64,000 nt of DNA from Dimorphilus gyrociliatus. Taxonomy: Eukaryota; Animalia; Annelida. The notes below the pieces were generated by a model that did no database searches, was not told the origin of the DNA, and saw only the letters and a list, made by a program, of their open reading frames with translations. The stretch is taken from NCBI GenBank assembly GCA_904063045.1, contig CAJFCJ010000009.1, positions 1,550,968 through 1,614,967 of the forward strand. The letters run 5' to 3'. Of the stretch, positions 13,660 to 28,049 are shown piece by piece. The translations under genes and the position numbers were made by a program. Numbering within the stretch: position 1 is the stretch's first letter; the number at the start of each line of letters is the position of its first letter.

Positions 13660-14785
13660 TCAATCTGTCAAGTTCAACTCTTGTAAAAGGGCTTCTACAT
13701 CATTTGGGGAATGTTTATCAACGATTATTTTTATGTAGTTTGATTTATAGACAGTAGTTAAATATTCTCTCTCTTCTTTTATCCATTTATTGGAATATAG
13801 ACTTTGAAGTTTTACAATGCTAAAAAGGTTCATAAGTTCTCTTAACCTTAAATAGTATTTACTACCGTATTGATTTTCAAGATATCTATAAAATGCAATG
13901 ATAAGCATTTCGTATATTTCTTTCACACCTGGAGTTATTGCATTAGGAGTAAAGACATTGAGAGTAGTTAGAAAAAGATTTTCCTCAAACGTAAGATTTG
14001 CTTCAATAACAGCATCAAGAGGTGCTTCAATAGAGTCAACAACCTTAGGAGTTGATAGATTAACTAATTCATTTTTTTTTATATATAAAGTATGATTATC
14101 ATCAAGCTTAAATATGAACGAATGATTGTTCTTAGAGATATTTAAAATAGCTGTCCAAATAAAGCCTACATTAGATGAATTTTTAAGGAGATTTAAAATA
14201 AATTTGGAGTTTATCAGCTTTTCTGTTCCCGGTATTTTTCTTAGTGATGATAAGAAATGTTTGAAATTTACATTCATAACCTTTTCAAAGAACTCAGTGA
14301 ACACTCTACGAGTGTCTACCTCCACACCTGTGGTCTTTAAAATATCCATGTATGTATCTTTATTAAAAATTCCATCGTCCATAGTTTGGCTAGCATTTAA
14401 AAATTTCTTGTGAAATCCTTCTATCTCATTAGCCCAATAAACTGAAGGTGTATTGGAAAATGCAGCCAGACAAACTGTGATAATATCGTCAGCTTTGGAA
14501 TGCCTTAAAAGATGTGGAATATCTAGCTCTCTCTTATTATTTTGTTTCACTTTATCTTTATTCACTCTGTGCGTTTCGTTACTATATCTTCCCTTTTTAA
14601 TGTTGTCTTTAGACATTCCAACAGATAAACACCTATTATATCTACACAGCCTACAAGCAAACGAACAATTTTCCATAGGAAAGCAAAGCTTTCTCTTAGT
14701 AATGCATTCAAACTGCTTGTACTTTTCGATACTTCTACGAAAGAAAACTTTACAGGCTTCGCAGGTGTAAGCGCCATAATGGTAA
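13660..14785 (-). CDS. NR terminal cassette C8
   Basis: Acceptor ttttttccag|T at 14785; YHYGAYTCEACKVFFRRS; 1126 nt. Confidence 0.9.
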
Positions 14786-15055
14786 CTGGAAAAAAGAAAT
14801 TCTCCTTTCAATTACAAAAATTACCATAATACTGAAGTCAATAATAATTAATAGACAGTTCTACAGCTTAGTTTTTTCTATTTCCAAGCGTTAGATCTGA
14901 GAAAATGACAATTACGAAAACATCTTGTTTTACTACGTTTAAAATATTTTTTACTTTATTCTTAATATTATTATAATGAAACTATCTTACAAAATACGTT
15001 TTCATGAATCAATTAGTAAAACCTCTATAAACAAATAAAAACAAAGCAAGCTTAA

Positions 15056-16175
15056 TCATATCTTAAGTTCTTTTAGTAGAGTATTAGCTTGTTCTAGAGG
15101 TAGGTTTTTCGTAAATATTTTCATAATTTTAGACCTATAGACTGTATTCAAATACTCTTCATTATCTCGTAACCATTTTTGTCCAGTTCTAGCATGAAGT
15201 TTTAAGGAACTCATTAAATTCACTAGTTCAATTAATCTTATATGATATTTCGTTCCATACTGACTTTCAAGATATCTTGTAAAAGCGAGAATAAATCTTT
15301 GATGCATATGTATCAAATGACGCCTTTCCCTTTTAGGGTATAGCAAATTGAGAGATACCAAGAATGTTGTCTCTTCAAACGTTAAATTTGTTTTTTCTAT
15401 TAGACGGCTGCATTCTTGGTGAACAGCTGTCATTCCAGGATCACACATATTTATGAATTGCTGCTTGGTCATCTCTAATATGTGTTCGTCGTCTAATTTC
15501 ATAAGTAATGAATCATTGACCCATTTGTTACCTTGTGAAATCGCAATAGGCAATTGCACATCTTCCTTATTTTCCAAGATTGTCAGAACAAACTCGATTG
15601 CAGATAGTTCATCCAATCCTGGAAGATTTCTTACAGAAGAGGCAAAGCGAGCGAAAGTTGATTTCATTATTTTTTCGCAAAATTCTCCAAAAACACGTCT
15701 ACTATCGACTTCTACTCCTGTGACTTTATAAATATCCATATATTCATCTTTACTGAAGAATCCTCGTTCGGTTACTGCTTTAACGCGTTGAAATTCGCGG
15801 TCAAATTCTTCAATTTCACTATGCCAATTAATATTCAGAAAATGGGAAAAAGAGCAATTACAAGCCATGATAATATCTTGGGAATCTGAATGCTTTACTA
15901 AAAATGGGATTGTAAGTTTGTTTTTCTCTAAGACCTCAAGTTTGTATTTATTCTGTTTATGCCTTTCTCTAGAATATCGACCTATTTTAATGTTATCTTT
16001 TGACATTCCTATTTCCAAACACTTGTTATATCTGCAAAGTTTGCAGACAAATAAGTGATCTTCAGTAGGGAAACATTGATTTCTCCTTGTAATGCAAACG
16101 TATGTTTGGAATTTGTCAGAACTTCTACGGAAGAAAACTTTACAAGCTTCGCAGGTGTATGCCCCGTAATGGAAG
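15056..16175 (-). CDS. NR terminal cassette C9
   Basis: Acceptor ttttttgcag|C at 16175; FHYGAYTCEACKVFFRRS; 1120 nt. Confidence 0.9.
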
Positions 16176-16453
16176 CTGCAAAAAAAATAACTTTCCAGTG
16201 CATTTTGCTAAATCTAACATTTGAAAGTCCAAATATATTTATGAACAATACCAATTAAAATTGACAAAGCGCACTCAAGCATTAATCTTTTCTATTGATA
16301 TAAGATACTTTAGACAGATATATTGTCATTTGTTTCAGGAAAGAAGACAAATACGAATGGCCTTATTAATCGCCTTATCAAAGTAATACACGAAACAAAG
16401 ATTTTATATAATAAGCGTTAGTTTTTCAACTTTGCTACTTTATTTTCATGGTT

Positions 16454-17573
16454 TTATAGAGTAAGATTCATTAGTAGCTCTACAGCTTGTTCAAGTTTTA
16501 AATTCATAAAAAAGATTTTCATTATATCACTTTGATATATAATGTTAAGATATTCCTCGTTTTCAGTCATCCAGTTTTCTAGTAAAAAGAAACTTTCCCT
16601 CATAGATGCCATCAAATTTACAAGTTCTGCTAGCCTGACGTAATATGTTTTACCGTAGTTGGCTTCCAAATATCTAGTGAAAGCCAGAGTCAATCTCTCA
16701 TGAATACCTTTGAGATTAGGATACTTTTTTATTGGAGTGCTCATATTTAAAGCTATCATCAATATTGCCTCTTCATAAGTAATACTAGCGTTAATTATAC
16801 GATTGGTATTCTCTTCATAGGCTGTGGCTACCTGATTACCAGACAAATTATTTATATCGGATTTATTAAGGCTAATCTTATATTTATCATTTAAATTGAT
16901 AATTAACTTTTCTTCACTCCATAAATTTCGTAAGGCAACTGTAATTAATAGGAACATATCGTGTTTATTCCTAAGAACAATTTGGTAGACATCTTCAAGA
17001 GATAAACTATCCATGATTGGTAAACTCCTTATAGCGCTAAAGAAAACTTTAAATGAAGTATGCATAATTGATGCTGTAAAGTTAACGAAAGCTTTTCGAC
17101 TGTCTACTTCAATTCCAGTTACCTTATAGATATCCATATATTCATCTTTACTAAACGTACCTTGATCGACAAACCCTTTAGCCTTATTATATATATCATT
17201 TAATCCTTGGATTTCGCTACCCCAATCAATATGGAAAAAATTGTTAAATGATGTTCTGCAAGCTATGATCATATTATGAGAATCTGTATACTTTGGTAAA
17301 TACGGAACAGATAATTTTTCCTTTTCAATATGAGTTAATAAGAGATCTTTTTGTTCATGCATTCTCTTTGAGTATCTTCCTATTTTAATATTTCCTCTGG
17401 ACATTCCTACAGCCAAACACTTTTTATATCTACAAAATTTACAGGAGAAAGCATAATCGGTATTCGACACACATTGTTTTCTGTTTGTAAGACACACATA
17501 ATCGATGTATTTCTTTGAACTTCTAGTGAAGAAAACTTTACAACCCTCGCAGGTATAAGCCCCGTAATGGAAG
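16454..17573 (-). CDS. NR terminal cassette C10 (P-box CEGCKV)
   Basis: Acceptor gttttttccag|C at 17573; FHYGAYTCEGCKVFFTRS; 1120 nt. Confidence 0.9.
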
Positions 17574-18209
17574 CTGGAAAAAACGAAGTCATATGGATTT
17601 TTAGTATATTATAAAAAAAGTTGACAATTCATTTTTTCCAACATATTAGAATAATGAAAAAGAAGTTGATATATCAATTGATAGGTTTGGGAAAAGTGAG
17701 AAATAGGCAAACAGTTATAATATTATCTATTATTGAATATTTTTTAAAGTATTTGATATGGTTATACTCTATTTCTGTGCCTTTCGTTACTATATTTTCC
17801 CCTTTTTTAATATCTAGACACTCGAACAAAACTAAACACTTTTTTACAAACTTACAAAGTATATTGACTCAGTTAATAGAATCTTGGTGTGAGTGATAAT
17901 ACAACATAAAGACAGAAGGTGAATTTTATCTAAAGTTCTTTTAATCTTTTCAAATTGTTCAGATCGTTATATGTCGCAAAATATCGGCAAAACTGTTTAT
18001 TCATAAAAGTTTGTCATAAAACTTGTGAAAGGAAATGCAATTATCCTTTGCAAACATATTTAGCATAAAAATAAAGAAAGGAATAGTGAATAAACTTTAC
18101 TATTTCACTTATTTAACGAATTACAAACAGTGCTGTTAATAAGTTATCATTTGGTATTTAGACTTTAATCATTAACAATAGTCATTATAAAGAAGAGAAC
18201 AGTTGTATT

Positions 18210-19338
18210 TCACAGTTTTAGGCTTTTCATTTCTCCAACAAGTGATGTTGCTTTAATATGATGCGAAAGTAAATTATAGAAGAGGGGAGATTTACAAAAT
18301 GTCATAAAATAATTTTTTGATTTTGACAGGAGAAAACCTTTACGATTGTTGAATACTCGCTCTTTATAGGTACTTAGAGTTGATATAATTTGAGCCAGCC
18401 TTATATGATACCTACTACCGTATTTATTCTCAAGATATCTGGTAAAAGCTAATGTGAATCTTTCATATATACCGTGAAGTTGTGGATATTTAGTTGTGGG
18501 TTTAAGAAAATTAAGAGTAGTGATAAAAATTGCTTCCTCAAATGTTATATGTAACTGCGACAGTATCTCTATTGTTTCTTTTTGACTATCTAGTAGGTTT
18601 ACATCTACTATTTGTGCTAAGCTCGACTTAGGTATATTAAGAGTAAGGTTATCATCAAATGGAATGGCCAAGGAATCATTTTTCCAGAGTGATAGCGAGA
18701 AACTAGCCATAATCAAGTTTACGTCTTCTAGGGACTCTAGAGCTTTTGAAAAAAAATCTTCAGGCTGTAGTTCTTTGGCAATAGGCAAATTTATCAACGC
18801 TTCTGAAAATCCGTTAAATACAGTTGTTATTATCATTTCAAATAATTCAGCGAATACGCGTCTATTGTCTATTTCTACTCCAACTGTTTCGTATATGTCC
18901 ATAAATTGCTCAGAATTATAAAGATGATCATCAAATACTTCATTAACCCTTAAGACTTTTTCCCTAAGGCCGTCAACTTTCGTGGTCCAGTCTTTAATTG
19001 GAAATAAAGAAAAACAATTTTGACATAAAACTACAATATCTTGTGAATCGCTACCAATTGGAAGATAAGGTATATTTATGGATTTGTTTTTTAGGTCTTT
19101 TAGAGTTTTCCTATTCTTTTCATGCCTCTCTAACGAATATCGTCCAATTTTTATGCTATCTTTGGACATTCCAATCTCAACACATTTATCAAATCTACAC
19201 TTTTTACAAGCAAACCTAAAGTTTTCACCCGGAAAACATAAATTCTTCTTAGTTACGCAAACGTAGTTTGAGGGCCTTGTCAGACTTCTTCGATAGAATA
19301 TTTTGCAAGCTTCACAAGTATTTGCCCCATAATGAAAG
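18210..19338 (-). CDS. NR terminal cassette C11 (P-box CEACKI)
   Basis: Acceptor gtttttttccag|C at 19338; FHYGANTCEACKIFYRRS; 1129 nt; only 100 bp from the C12 stop. Confidence 0.9.
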
Positions 19339-19440
19339 CTGGAAAAAAACGTAAATCTGCTTTTCATTCATAGTTTTATTTTAAAAGAATAATGTGGAAC
19401 GTCAGAGAAAAAAAATGGACAAAGACTAATAAAAGTTATG

Positions 19441-20569
19441 TTATGAATTAATTATTTCACAAGACTTTAACATATTGAGACATTTATCATAATCCGCTTC
19501 AAATAGTACGTCTTTAACTAATTTAGTACGATAGAATGATTTAATATAATCCATATGTTCAATAATGTTTTTAACTCCATGAAAGAGTTGCACTTTAGTA
19601 TAACTTACAAAGTCAATTATTTCAAATAATCTTTTATGATAGTTTTTACCGTGTACAGATTGAAGATAGCGTGTAAATGCCAAAGTAAATCTTTCGTATT
19701 GTCTTTTAAAATGTGGATTTTCAACAGTTGGTTTTAGAGCGTTAAGGGCAACTATGAATGCTGTTTCTTCAAATGTCATATTTATATTTTGAGCACGAGA
19801 ACTAATCTTTTCTTGACATTGTACTAGTGATTCATCTGAAAAGTTAACGATATCTTCTCTAGAAACCTCTAAAGAATGATCAGCGTCAAGATTTATGATT
19901 ACTCTGTTATCTTTCCATAGAGCCCCTCCTGAGCAGGCTATTATAAAATGAATTTCATCTTTCTGAGCAATGACTACTCTACAAAATTCATCAAAATCAA
20001 GATCGTGCAAAGCGGGTAAACTTCTCAAGCCTTGTACAAAACGAGTTAGAACAGTTTCATGAACTTGTTCCATGAATTGCATAAAAACACGTCTTCCATC
20101 AATATCAGTTCCTGTTACCTTATAAATATCCATAAAATCATTTCTTGGAAAACTACCTGATTCTAAACTCTGCACTGCCTGCTTAAATTTTTGTTCAAAG
20201 CCTTCCATTTCATTATGCCAACATATATTTAAAAAAAATGATAAAGAGTCTCTACATTTGATAATAACATCTTGCGAATCCGTATAATTTACTAAATACG
20301 GAACTGTTTGTTGTTTTCTACTTCTCTCAACCAACATTAATCGATTCTCAGCATGTCTTTCTTTAGAATATCTCCCCATTTTTATAGACGTTTTAGACAT
20401 TCCCACCTCTAAACATCTAGCATATCTGCAATATTTACAAACGAACGTAAAATGATTCGTAGGATTGCATTGTTGCCTCTTATTAATACAATAGAAACCA
20501 CTGGACTTTCCGCAACTTCTCCGAAAGAATACTTTACAAGCTTCGCATGTATACGCTCCATAGTGGAAG
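19441..20569 (-). CDS. NR terminal cassette C12
   Basis: Acceptor attttttacag|C at 20569; FHYGAYTCEACKVFFRRS; 1129 nt. Confidence 0.9.
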
Positions 20570-20828
20570 CTGTAAAAAATAAAACCTTCCTTGCAAAAAA
20601 TTCATTTCACTAAGATATTTACAATCTAACAATAAGCCACTCTATTGAAAAAAAAACAGTTGATTCTGCTTCTCATTCCTTTATTAGTGGGAAAATAAAA
20701 CATGCAATATAAACTTTACAGCCCGTCCAGTCGTTTATAATATCAACAATCCCTTATCTTTTTGTACAATTCAAAATTGAAATTGTATAATCAAGTATTT
20801 AATTAATCAATTATTTATTAAATAACAA

Positions 20829-21939
20829 TTATTCATTGAATAGTTTACGCACATCATTAATATTATTCAAAGTAAAAAGTTGTATACAGAATCCATAACC
20901 GTTAATTTCTTTAAAATAATCTAAATTGGTATTATACCACTTACAAATACATTTAACTAAATTTCTTAGAAATGATACTGTATTAACTATTTCTAATAGT
21001 CTACGATGATACGAATTACCATAATTATCGTTAAGATAACGAAAGAACAATAATGTAAATCTATCGTGTAATTGTTTAAAATGGGGAAATTTCTTATCAG
21101 GATTTAACATCTTTAAAGTAAAAAGAAAATATATCTCTTCAAATGTCAATTGTAGATTTGTTAATTTAGTTAATTGATCTATTTCAATTTCAACTAATAC
21201 TTTATCAGTTAAATTTGAATAATCATAGCTATTTAATGCTAAATGATGATCATTATCTACTTTTATAGTAATATTTTTACCATCAGCAGAAAATCTACTG
21301 GCCATATTAATAAATATGATAACATCATCGAAATACTTGAAGATAATTTGTAAAATATCGTCTTTTGAAAGACTTTCATATCCTGGAAAACTATTTAACA
21401 TTGTAACAAGCTGTTTAAAACCAAATTCAACAATTGTGTTGATAAATTGAAAATAGTGCTTTCTATCATCAATTTCTAAACCAGTTAATTTCAATATATC
21501 TAAATATTGTTCTCTTGAATAAGAATGTCGATTTACTAAATTTTCAATTCTAATGAAATTACTTTCAAAATTTTTAAATAGAGAATTAAACTTAAAACTA
21601 TTAATTTGGTCAAAGAAATTTGAACATCTTATAATAAGATCTTGAGAGTTTGTATCATTTAAAAGAAAAGGTATTGCTCGCTTCTTTCTTTCGATAGTTA
21701 GTAGATAATTTCTATTTTTTAAATGTCTTTCTCTTGTATATCTTCCATGTCTAATAGCGTTCCGAGACATTCCAACCGCAATACACTTTCGAAATCTACA
21801 CGATTTACACTTGAACCGAAAATCGGAGGAGGGAATACAGTTATTTCGCTTAGAAATACATTTTTCCAAGTTTACACTTCTAGAAGATCGTCTGTAGAAA
21901 GTTTTACACGCTTCGCAAGAATGACATCCATAATGGAAA
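20829..21939 (-). CDS. NR terminal cassette C13 (P-box CEACKT)
   Basis: Acceptor tgttttccag|T at 21939; FHYGCHSCEACKTFYRRS; 1111 nt. Confidence 0.9.
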
Positions 21940-22198
21940 CTGGAAAACAAAATATCACAGTTGCAGTCATCCTGTTTTTTTTAAAACCAAAATATCTAAG
22001 CGATAATCATAAATCACTTTTGTTTCTTTGTATAAATTTATAATTTATTTAAATTTTAAAACAATCTCTCAAAGCAGAAGTTACATACTTTTCTCTTTAA
22101 GCGTTTATACAATTTATCCTATACTTTATAAATAAATTGATAAATAGTGATGTAAATACAGAAATAATAACATATGAATATTAAATATTTAATGTATA

Positions 22199-23321
22199 TT
22201 ATAGTGCTAGAGATTGTAAAAGGTTCATAGTTTCCCTTATATCCATATCTAACCACACATGGCGGAGAAGTTCAGGTCTACAATGGATTGTGCTTAAATA
22301 TTCAAAATTGTTAGCAATCCATTTATCTCCAATTAGATATGCTTCGTTGAAATAGCTAAATAGATTCATCAATTGAAGAAATCGTAAATAGTATTTATTT
22401 GAATATTGACTTTTTAAATATCTTGTAAATGCAACTGCTAATCGATGATGAAACTCTTTAAAATGAGGAAACTTTTTATTTGGTGAAAATAGTCTTAAAG
22501 CTATTATTAAAAGTGCCTCTTCAAAAGTAATGTTAGCCTCCGTGATACGAATACAAGCTTCTTCTTCCAAATTAACCGCTTGATCGTCTAATAGGGATTC
22601 TAAAATTTTCTTTGGTACTTTTAATTGATGTTTATCATCGAAATTAATTATAATGATTTCATCTTTCCATATAATTCCACCAACAACATAGATAAGAAGT
22701 TCAATGTCATGTTTGTGTGCAAAGAAGACTTTGTAATAGTCTTCTTCGCTTAAAATATCTAATCCGGGGAGCTTTTTTATACATTTCATAAAGTGTAGGA
22801 ATGAACTAACGATTATAGAATCTATAAGACTAGAAAATCCTTTTCTATTATCAATCTCAATGCCTGTAACTGAAAGTATATCCATAAAATCATTTTGTGG
22901 GAAAAATCCTTCTTCAATTAGTCTAGCGGCATTCTTAAATTTTATATCAAAATCTTTAATGGTACTCTGCCAATCCAAGTTTAAAGTTTCTGAGAATACA
23001 TTTGAACACATAATAATAAGATCTTGCGAATCGGTTTGATTAAATAAATAAGGTACTTTTTCAGATTTAGCTTGTGAATTCTTAACGTACATTTGTAAAC
23101 TTTTTAATCTTTCTCTTGTTGTCCTTCCTATTTTGGACGAATTTAACGACATTCCGATCGCAAGACAGCGTTTAAATCGACAAGATCTACATATAAATTT
23201 CATTTGTTCTGTTGCTATACATGCATTATCGTTAGCAATGCATTTCAAATTATTTGGACGTAGTACAGTTCTTTTGAAGAAAGCTTTGCATGCTTCGCAA
23301 GTATACGCTCCATAATGATAA
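22199..23321 (-). CDS. NR terminal cassette C14 (P-box CEACKA)
   Basis: Acceptor ttttttgcag|T at 23321; YHYGAYTCEACKAFFKRT; 1123 nt. Confidence 0.9.
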
Positions 23322-23767
23322 CTGCAAAAAAAATTTCTTCTTGCAATCTTCCTTATGAAATGTTTATACAGTATTAAATACAATGAGCACATATACACCT
23401 CAATATTTCGTCACTATAATAAATTAATAGGAATGTTTAGAGACGAAAATCGAATAAGACTCATATAATCTATTTTATAATCACTAAACGAAGATCTTAT
23501 AAGTCCCGCAAAGATTTGAAAACTGGACAAATAAATAAAACCACTGTTTATAACACTAGATTACAAATGATAAAAGAAAATTGATGGTCAAGGTGACTTT
23601 TTTTCATTATTTATTATGCAATTAAATAAAATGTTCACTATTGATAATGTAATAAAGTTAAAAATAGAGTCAACACCTACTACCATTACAACGTCGATCC
23701 AACAAACTATGAATATCTACTGAAGCAATTTTCAAAATTCATGTGGCATAAAAGCTTCTACGAGGTA

Positions 23768-24914
23768 TTAAACCTCCACTGAAACGCGTTTCATTTTGCA
23801 TGACAGCAAACTAACAGTTGAAGAAAAATCTTCGAAATTGTGTTCGGTCCAGAACTTTGAAAAGCAACCACCATTATCAATTTGATTGACATAGTCTAGA
23901 TTCTTTGTCACCCATTTGCGAAAAAATAGCGATGTTCTCTTAAAAAGTGCTACAAAGTTTACAATGCTTAATAATCTTCTGGGATAAGAATTACCATAGG
24001 TACTTTCAAGATACCTGGTAAATGCTATTAGGTAACGATTATAATATAATCGTAAATTTTCGTTTCCCTTGATTGGATTGAGGAGACTAATTATAAGTAG
24101 GAAAATTGATTCTTCAATAGTAAAATTAAGATTTTGAATTGATTGAAGGACGGTTTCTTCGGAAATGACAAAATTAGCGTCTGTTAAATTCTTGAAATCA
24201 TCTTTTTTAAGGGTTAAAACGTAACCATCGCCTAAATTGCACGAGAGACCATCTTCAGTCCATATTAATTTGCTAGTTGAGCTGTTAAATATTTGAATAT
24301 CATCTTTATGGGAAATAAGAAGGTGAAAAAACTTCTCGTCGCTTAGTTCTTTTAATCCCGGTATTTTACTAACTGCATTAATGAAACGTGTTGATGATAT
24401 TTCCATAACACTATTTAATATGCTCATAAACGACTTTCTATAGTCGATTTCAAGACCAGATACTTGAAATATCTCCATGTAATCGTTCTTTGGAAATATT
24501 CCATCCTCACAAACGGCAGACGCGTTTCTGAATTTTGTTTGAAAATCAGATATTTCTTTACTCCAATCAATCTTAACTGCATCATGAAATATATTCATAC
24601 ATTGTATGATTAGATCTTGGGAATCCGTATGATTGATTAGATATGGTACCGTTTTTTTACTATTTTCAATTCTTGTTAATAAGATTTTGTTTCTATTATG
24701 TATTCGCTTAGTGTATCGTCCAGTCCTTATGGCATGTCGAGACATTCCAATATCTAGGCATTTTTTAAATCTACAAGCCCTGCATTGAAACCGAAAATCG
24801 GGTGCTGGTGTGCAGACTTTACGTTTTGTAACACATTCATAATCTATCGAACTCTTCAATGATCGTCTAAAGAAGACTTTACAGGCTTCACAAGTATAAC
24901 ATCCGTAATGAAAG
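23768..24914 (-). CDS. NR terminal cassette C15
   Basis: Acceptor ttattttacag|C at 24914; FHYGCYTCEACKVFFRRS; 1147 nt. Confidence 0.9.
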
Positions 24915-25054
24915 CTGTAAAATAAAAAACAACCCTAAATACAGGTAACCTTTATTCCAATAAATGCATATATAGTTTTAACAGGGACAGTAACTTTATA
25001 CATTAAATCTCCAAGAACACAAGTAAAATGAAGCATTTTTATAAGTAGCTTTTC

Positions 25055-26168
25055 TTAAGAATTTAGAATCTGTTTATATATTTTCATATATTCATTTTCT
25101 TCTTTCACCATCCAAACTCTAGTATTACGATTCATTTTTTGAAAGAGATGTAGATTTTGTAAAATCCACTTATGCCCATAGTGATATTGTTCTTTATACA
25201 GTGATAATAAATTCATAAGTTGTAACAATCTTTTATGAGACGAAACTCCAAATGCATTATCTAAATATCCTTGAAAAGCGACCAGAAACCGATTTTGTAA
25301 TATACGAAATTGTGGACACCGACTGTTTGGAGTCAGTATGTGTACACCTAATAAGAATATAGCTTCTTCATATGTTATGTTGACCTCTGCTAGAGTATCA
25401 CAATACTTTTTAGTCAAATCAGCAAGATTAGAATTACATAAATTTTCAAAATCTCCACGTTTTATCACTAATGAATGGTCTTTGTCTAATCTAAATACTA
25501 CGCTATTATCTGTCCATGTAAGTCTCCCTGTAAAAGTTAGAAAGAAACGAATATCGTCTAGGTGGTTGTGTACATTTGAAAAAAATGTTCTATCATTAAG
25601 ATCCTCAAAACCGGGAAAACTTCTTAAAGTTGAAAGAAACTTTTTCATTCCTCTATGAATTAAAAGATCCATCAAGTCAAGGAATTGTCTTCGATTATCT
25701 ATTTCAACTCCCGTTACATTCATAACATTAAAAAACTCATCTTTCGGAAAAAAACCTTGCTGAAATATTGCTGATACACTTGAGAATATTTCGTCAAAAT
25801 TATCTATCTCTTTCCTATAATTAAAGTCAAGAAACGGGGAAAAAACATTCGTACATCGAATGAAAATATCTTGAAAATTGGAATTCTTTGGCAGAAAGGG
25901 AATAATATCTTGTTTCTCTTTCGAATTCAGAAGGTTTAAAGCATTTTGCTTAAGTCTTTCATTACTATATCTTCCCATTTTAATTGCTTTTTTAGACATT
26001 CCTACCTCAACACATTTCATAAACCTACAATATTTGCATGGAAATATATGATTTTCCAATGGAACACAAAGACCCTTATTAGTTTTACAAGGATAGGGTG
26101 TAAACTTTTGTATCGATCTTCTGAAGAAAACTTTACAAGCTTCACACGTAAAGGCTCCATAGTGTAAG
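25055..26168 (-). CDS. NR terminal cassette C16 (young subfamily)
   Basis: Acceptor ttttgtttcag|C at 26168; LHYGAFTCEACKVFFRRS; 1114 nt. Confidence 0.9.
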
Positions 26169-26707
26169 CTGAAACAAAAAATTAAGTCTCATTTTCGTCA
26201 AGGTTTCTTAACTAACTCCTTATTACAGAAATATTATCAGAATAATTTTTGCATCAATTAAGGAATGAAAATAGAGGTAGAGCAATACTGTTGACGTTTA
26301 CTTAATTATTATGAAAGAGGGAAGGCAGTAATCCTCTGTAGAATTCTTAATTCATCGACTTTCTTTACAAAAGTGCAAAAGAAATTAACACTATTTATTT
26401 GTTATCAATTTCAACTTATGCAAGATTTTACAAGTTCATATAGACATTTGTATTAAATACTTCGACTGAAGAAAACTTGACAGTTTGGTTCCTATTAAAC
26501 TAAATGTCCGTCTCTCTTCGATTAAACATTCGGATTAAAATGTCTTGGTCAATCATACTGGGAGCAAGAGCAATTTTTTCGATCATACATTCAAATAATT
26601 GACAATCCTATTATAAATTTTCTAAAATTATGATAAAGTAGGTTGTGTATTACAATTGTTAGTGAAATTAATAAGCGAATGTTATGCAATGGTTTTATGT
26701 ATAGTTT

Positions 26708-27821
26708 TCATTGAGAGTTCAAGATTTGCTTAAAAGCTTTGATGTATTCATTTTCATCATTCACAATCCAGATTCGCGTTATATTGTTGATATCTTTCAG
26801 ATGCAGATTTTGTAAAATCCATTTACGGTCAGAGTTATATTGCTTAGTATAGACTGATAATAAATTCATTAATTGTAGCAATCTCTTATGAGACGAAATT
26901 CCAAATACATTATCCAAATATCCTTGAAAAGCAATGATAAACCGATTTTGCAATACACGAAATTGTGGACATCGACTATTTGGACTCAGTATGTATATAC
27001 CTAATAGGAAAATCGATTCTTCATATGTTATATTGACCTCTCCTAAAGTTTCACAGTACTTTTTAGTAAAATCAACAAAACTAGAGTCACTTAAATTTTC
27101 CAAATCTTCACGTTTTATCACTAATGAATGATCTTTGTCAAAGGTATGTACTAAAGTGTCATCTACCCATTCAAGTTTCCCAGAAAGTGTTAGAAAGAAA
27201 CGAATTTCAACAAGATGACTGTGCACATTTGAAAAAAATGTTCTATCATCAAGATCCTCAAAACCGGGAAAACTTCTTAAACTTGAAAGAAATTTTTTCA
27301 TTCCTCTATCAATGACAACATCCATCAAGTTAAAGAGTTGTTTTCTATTATCTATTTCTACACCTGTTACATTCATAATATTATAAAACTCATCTTTCGG
27401 ATGAAAACCCTGCTGACATATTGCTGATAGACTTGCGAATAATTCCTCGAAATTATTTATCTCTTTTCTAAGGTTTAAATCAAAGAATGGAGAAAATACA
27501 TTTGTGCAGCGTATGAAAATATCTTGAAAATTTGAATTCTTTGGCAAGAAGGGAATAATGTCTTGTTTCTCTTTCGAATTCAGAAGGTTTAAAGCAATTT
27601 GCTTAAGTCTATCATTACTATATCTTCCCTTTTTAACAGCGTTTTGGGACATTCCTACCTCAATACATTTGGAAAGTCTACAAGATTTGCATAAGAACGT
27701 ATGATTTTCCAATGGAACACAAAGGCCCTTATTAGTTTTACAAGGATAGGGTGTAAGCTTTTGTAACGATCTTCTGAAGAAAACTTTACAAGCTTCGCAG
27801 GTATAGACGCCATAGTGTAAG
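26708..27821 (-). CDS. NR terminal cassette C17 (young subfamily)
   Basis: Acceptor ctgtgtttcag|C at 27821; LHYGVYTCEACKVFFRRS; 1114 nt. Confidence 0.9.
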
Positions 27822-28049
27822 CTGAAACACAGAATTTAAGTCCGAATTTTCAAAACAGAGATTTATTCTACATTAAACATAAAGATCTTGCCCGACCAAA
27901 TGTTTTGAAAGAAACCAGTGGATTAGAGATAGCATCTTTTTTACAATATTAAACAGTTTATTCAGATCGCATTTTGCTAAATATTAATCACTCCTGGACT
28001 TTAAAGGTAACTAATACATACAAAAACACTCAATACAAATATTTCCTTC

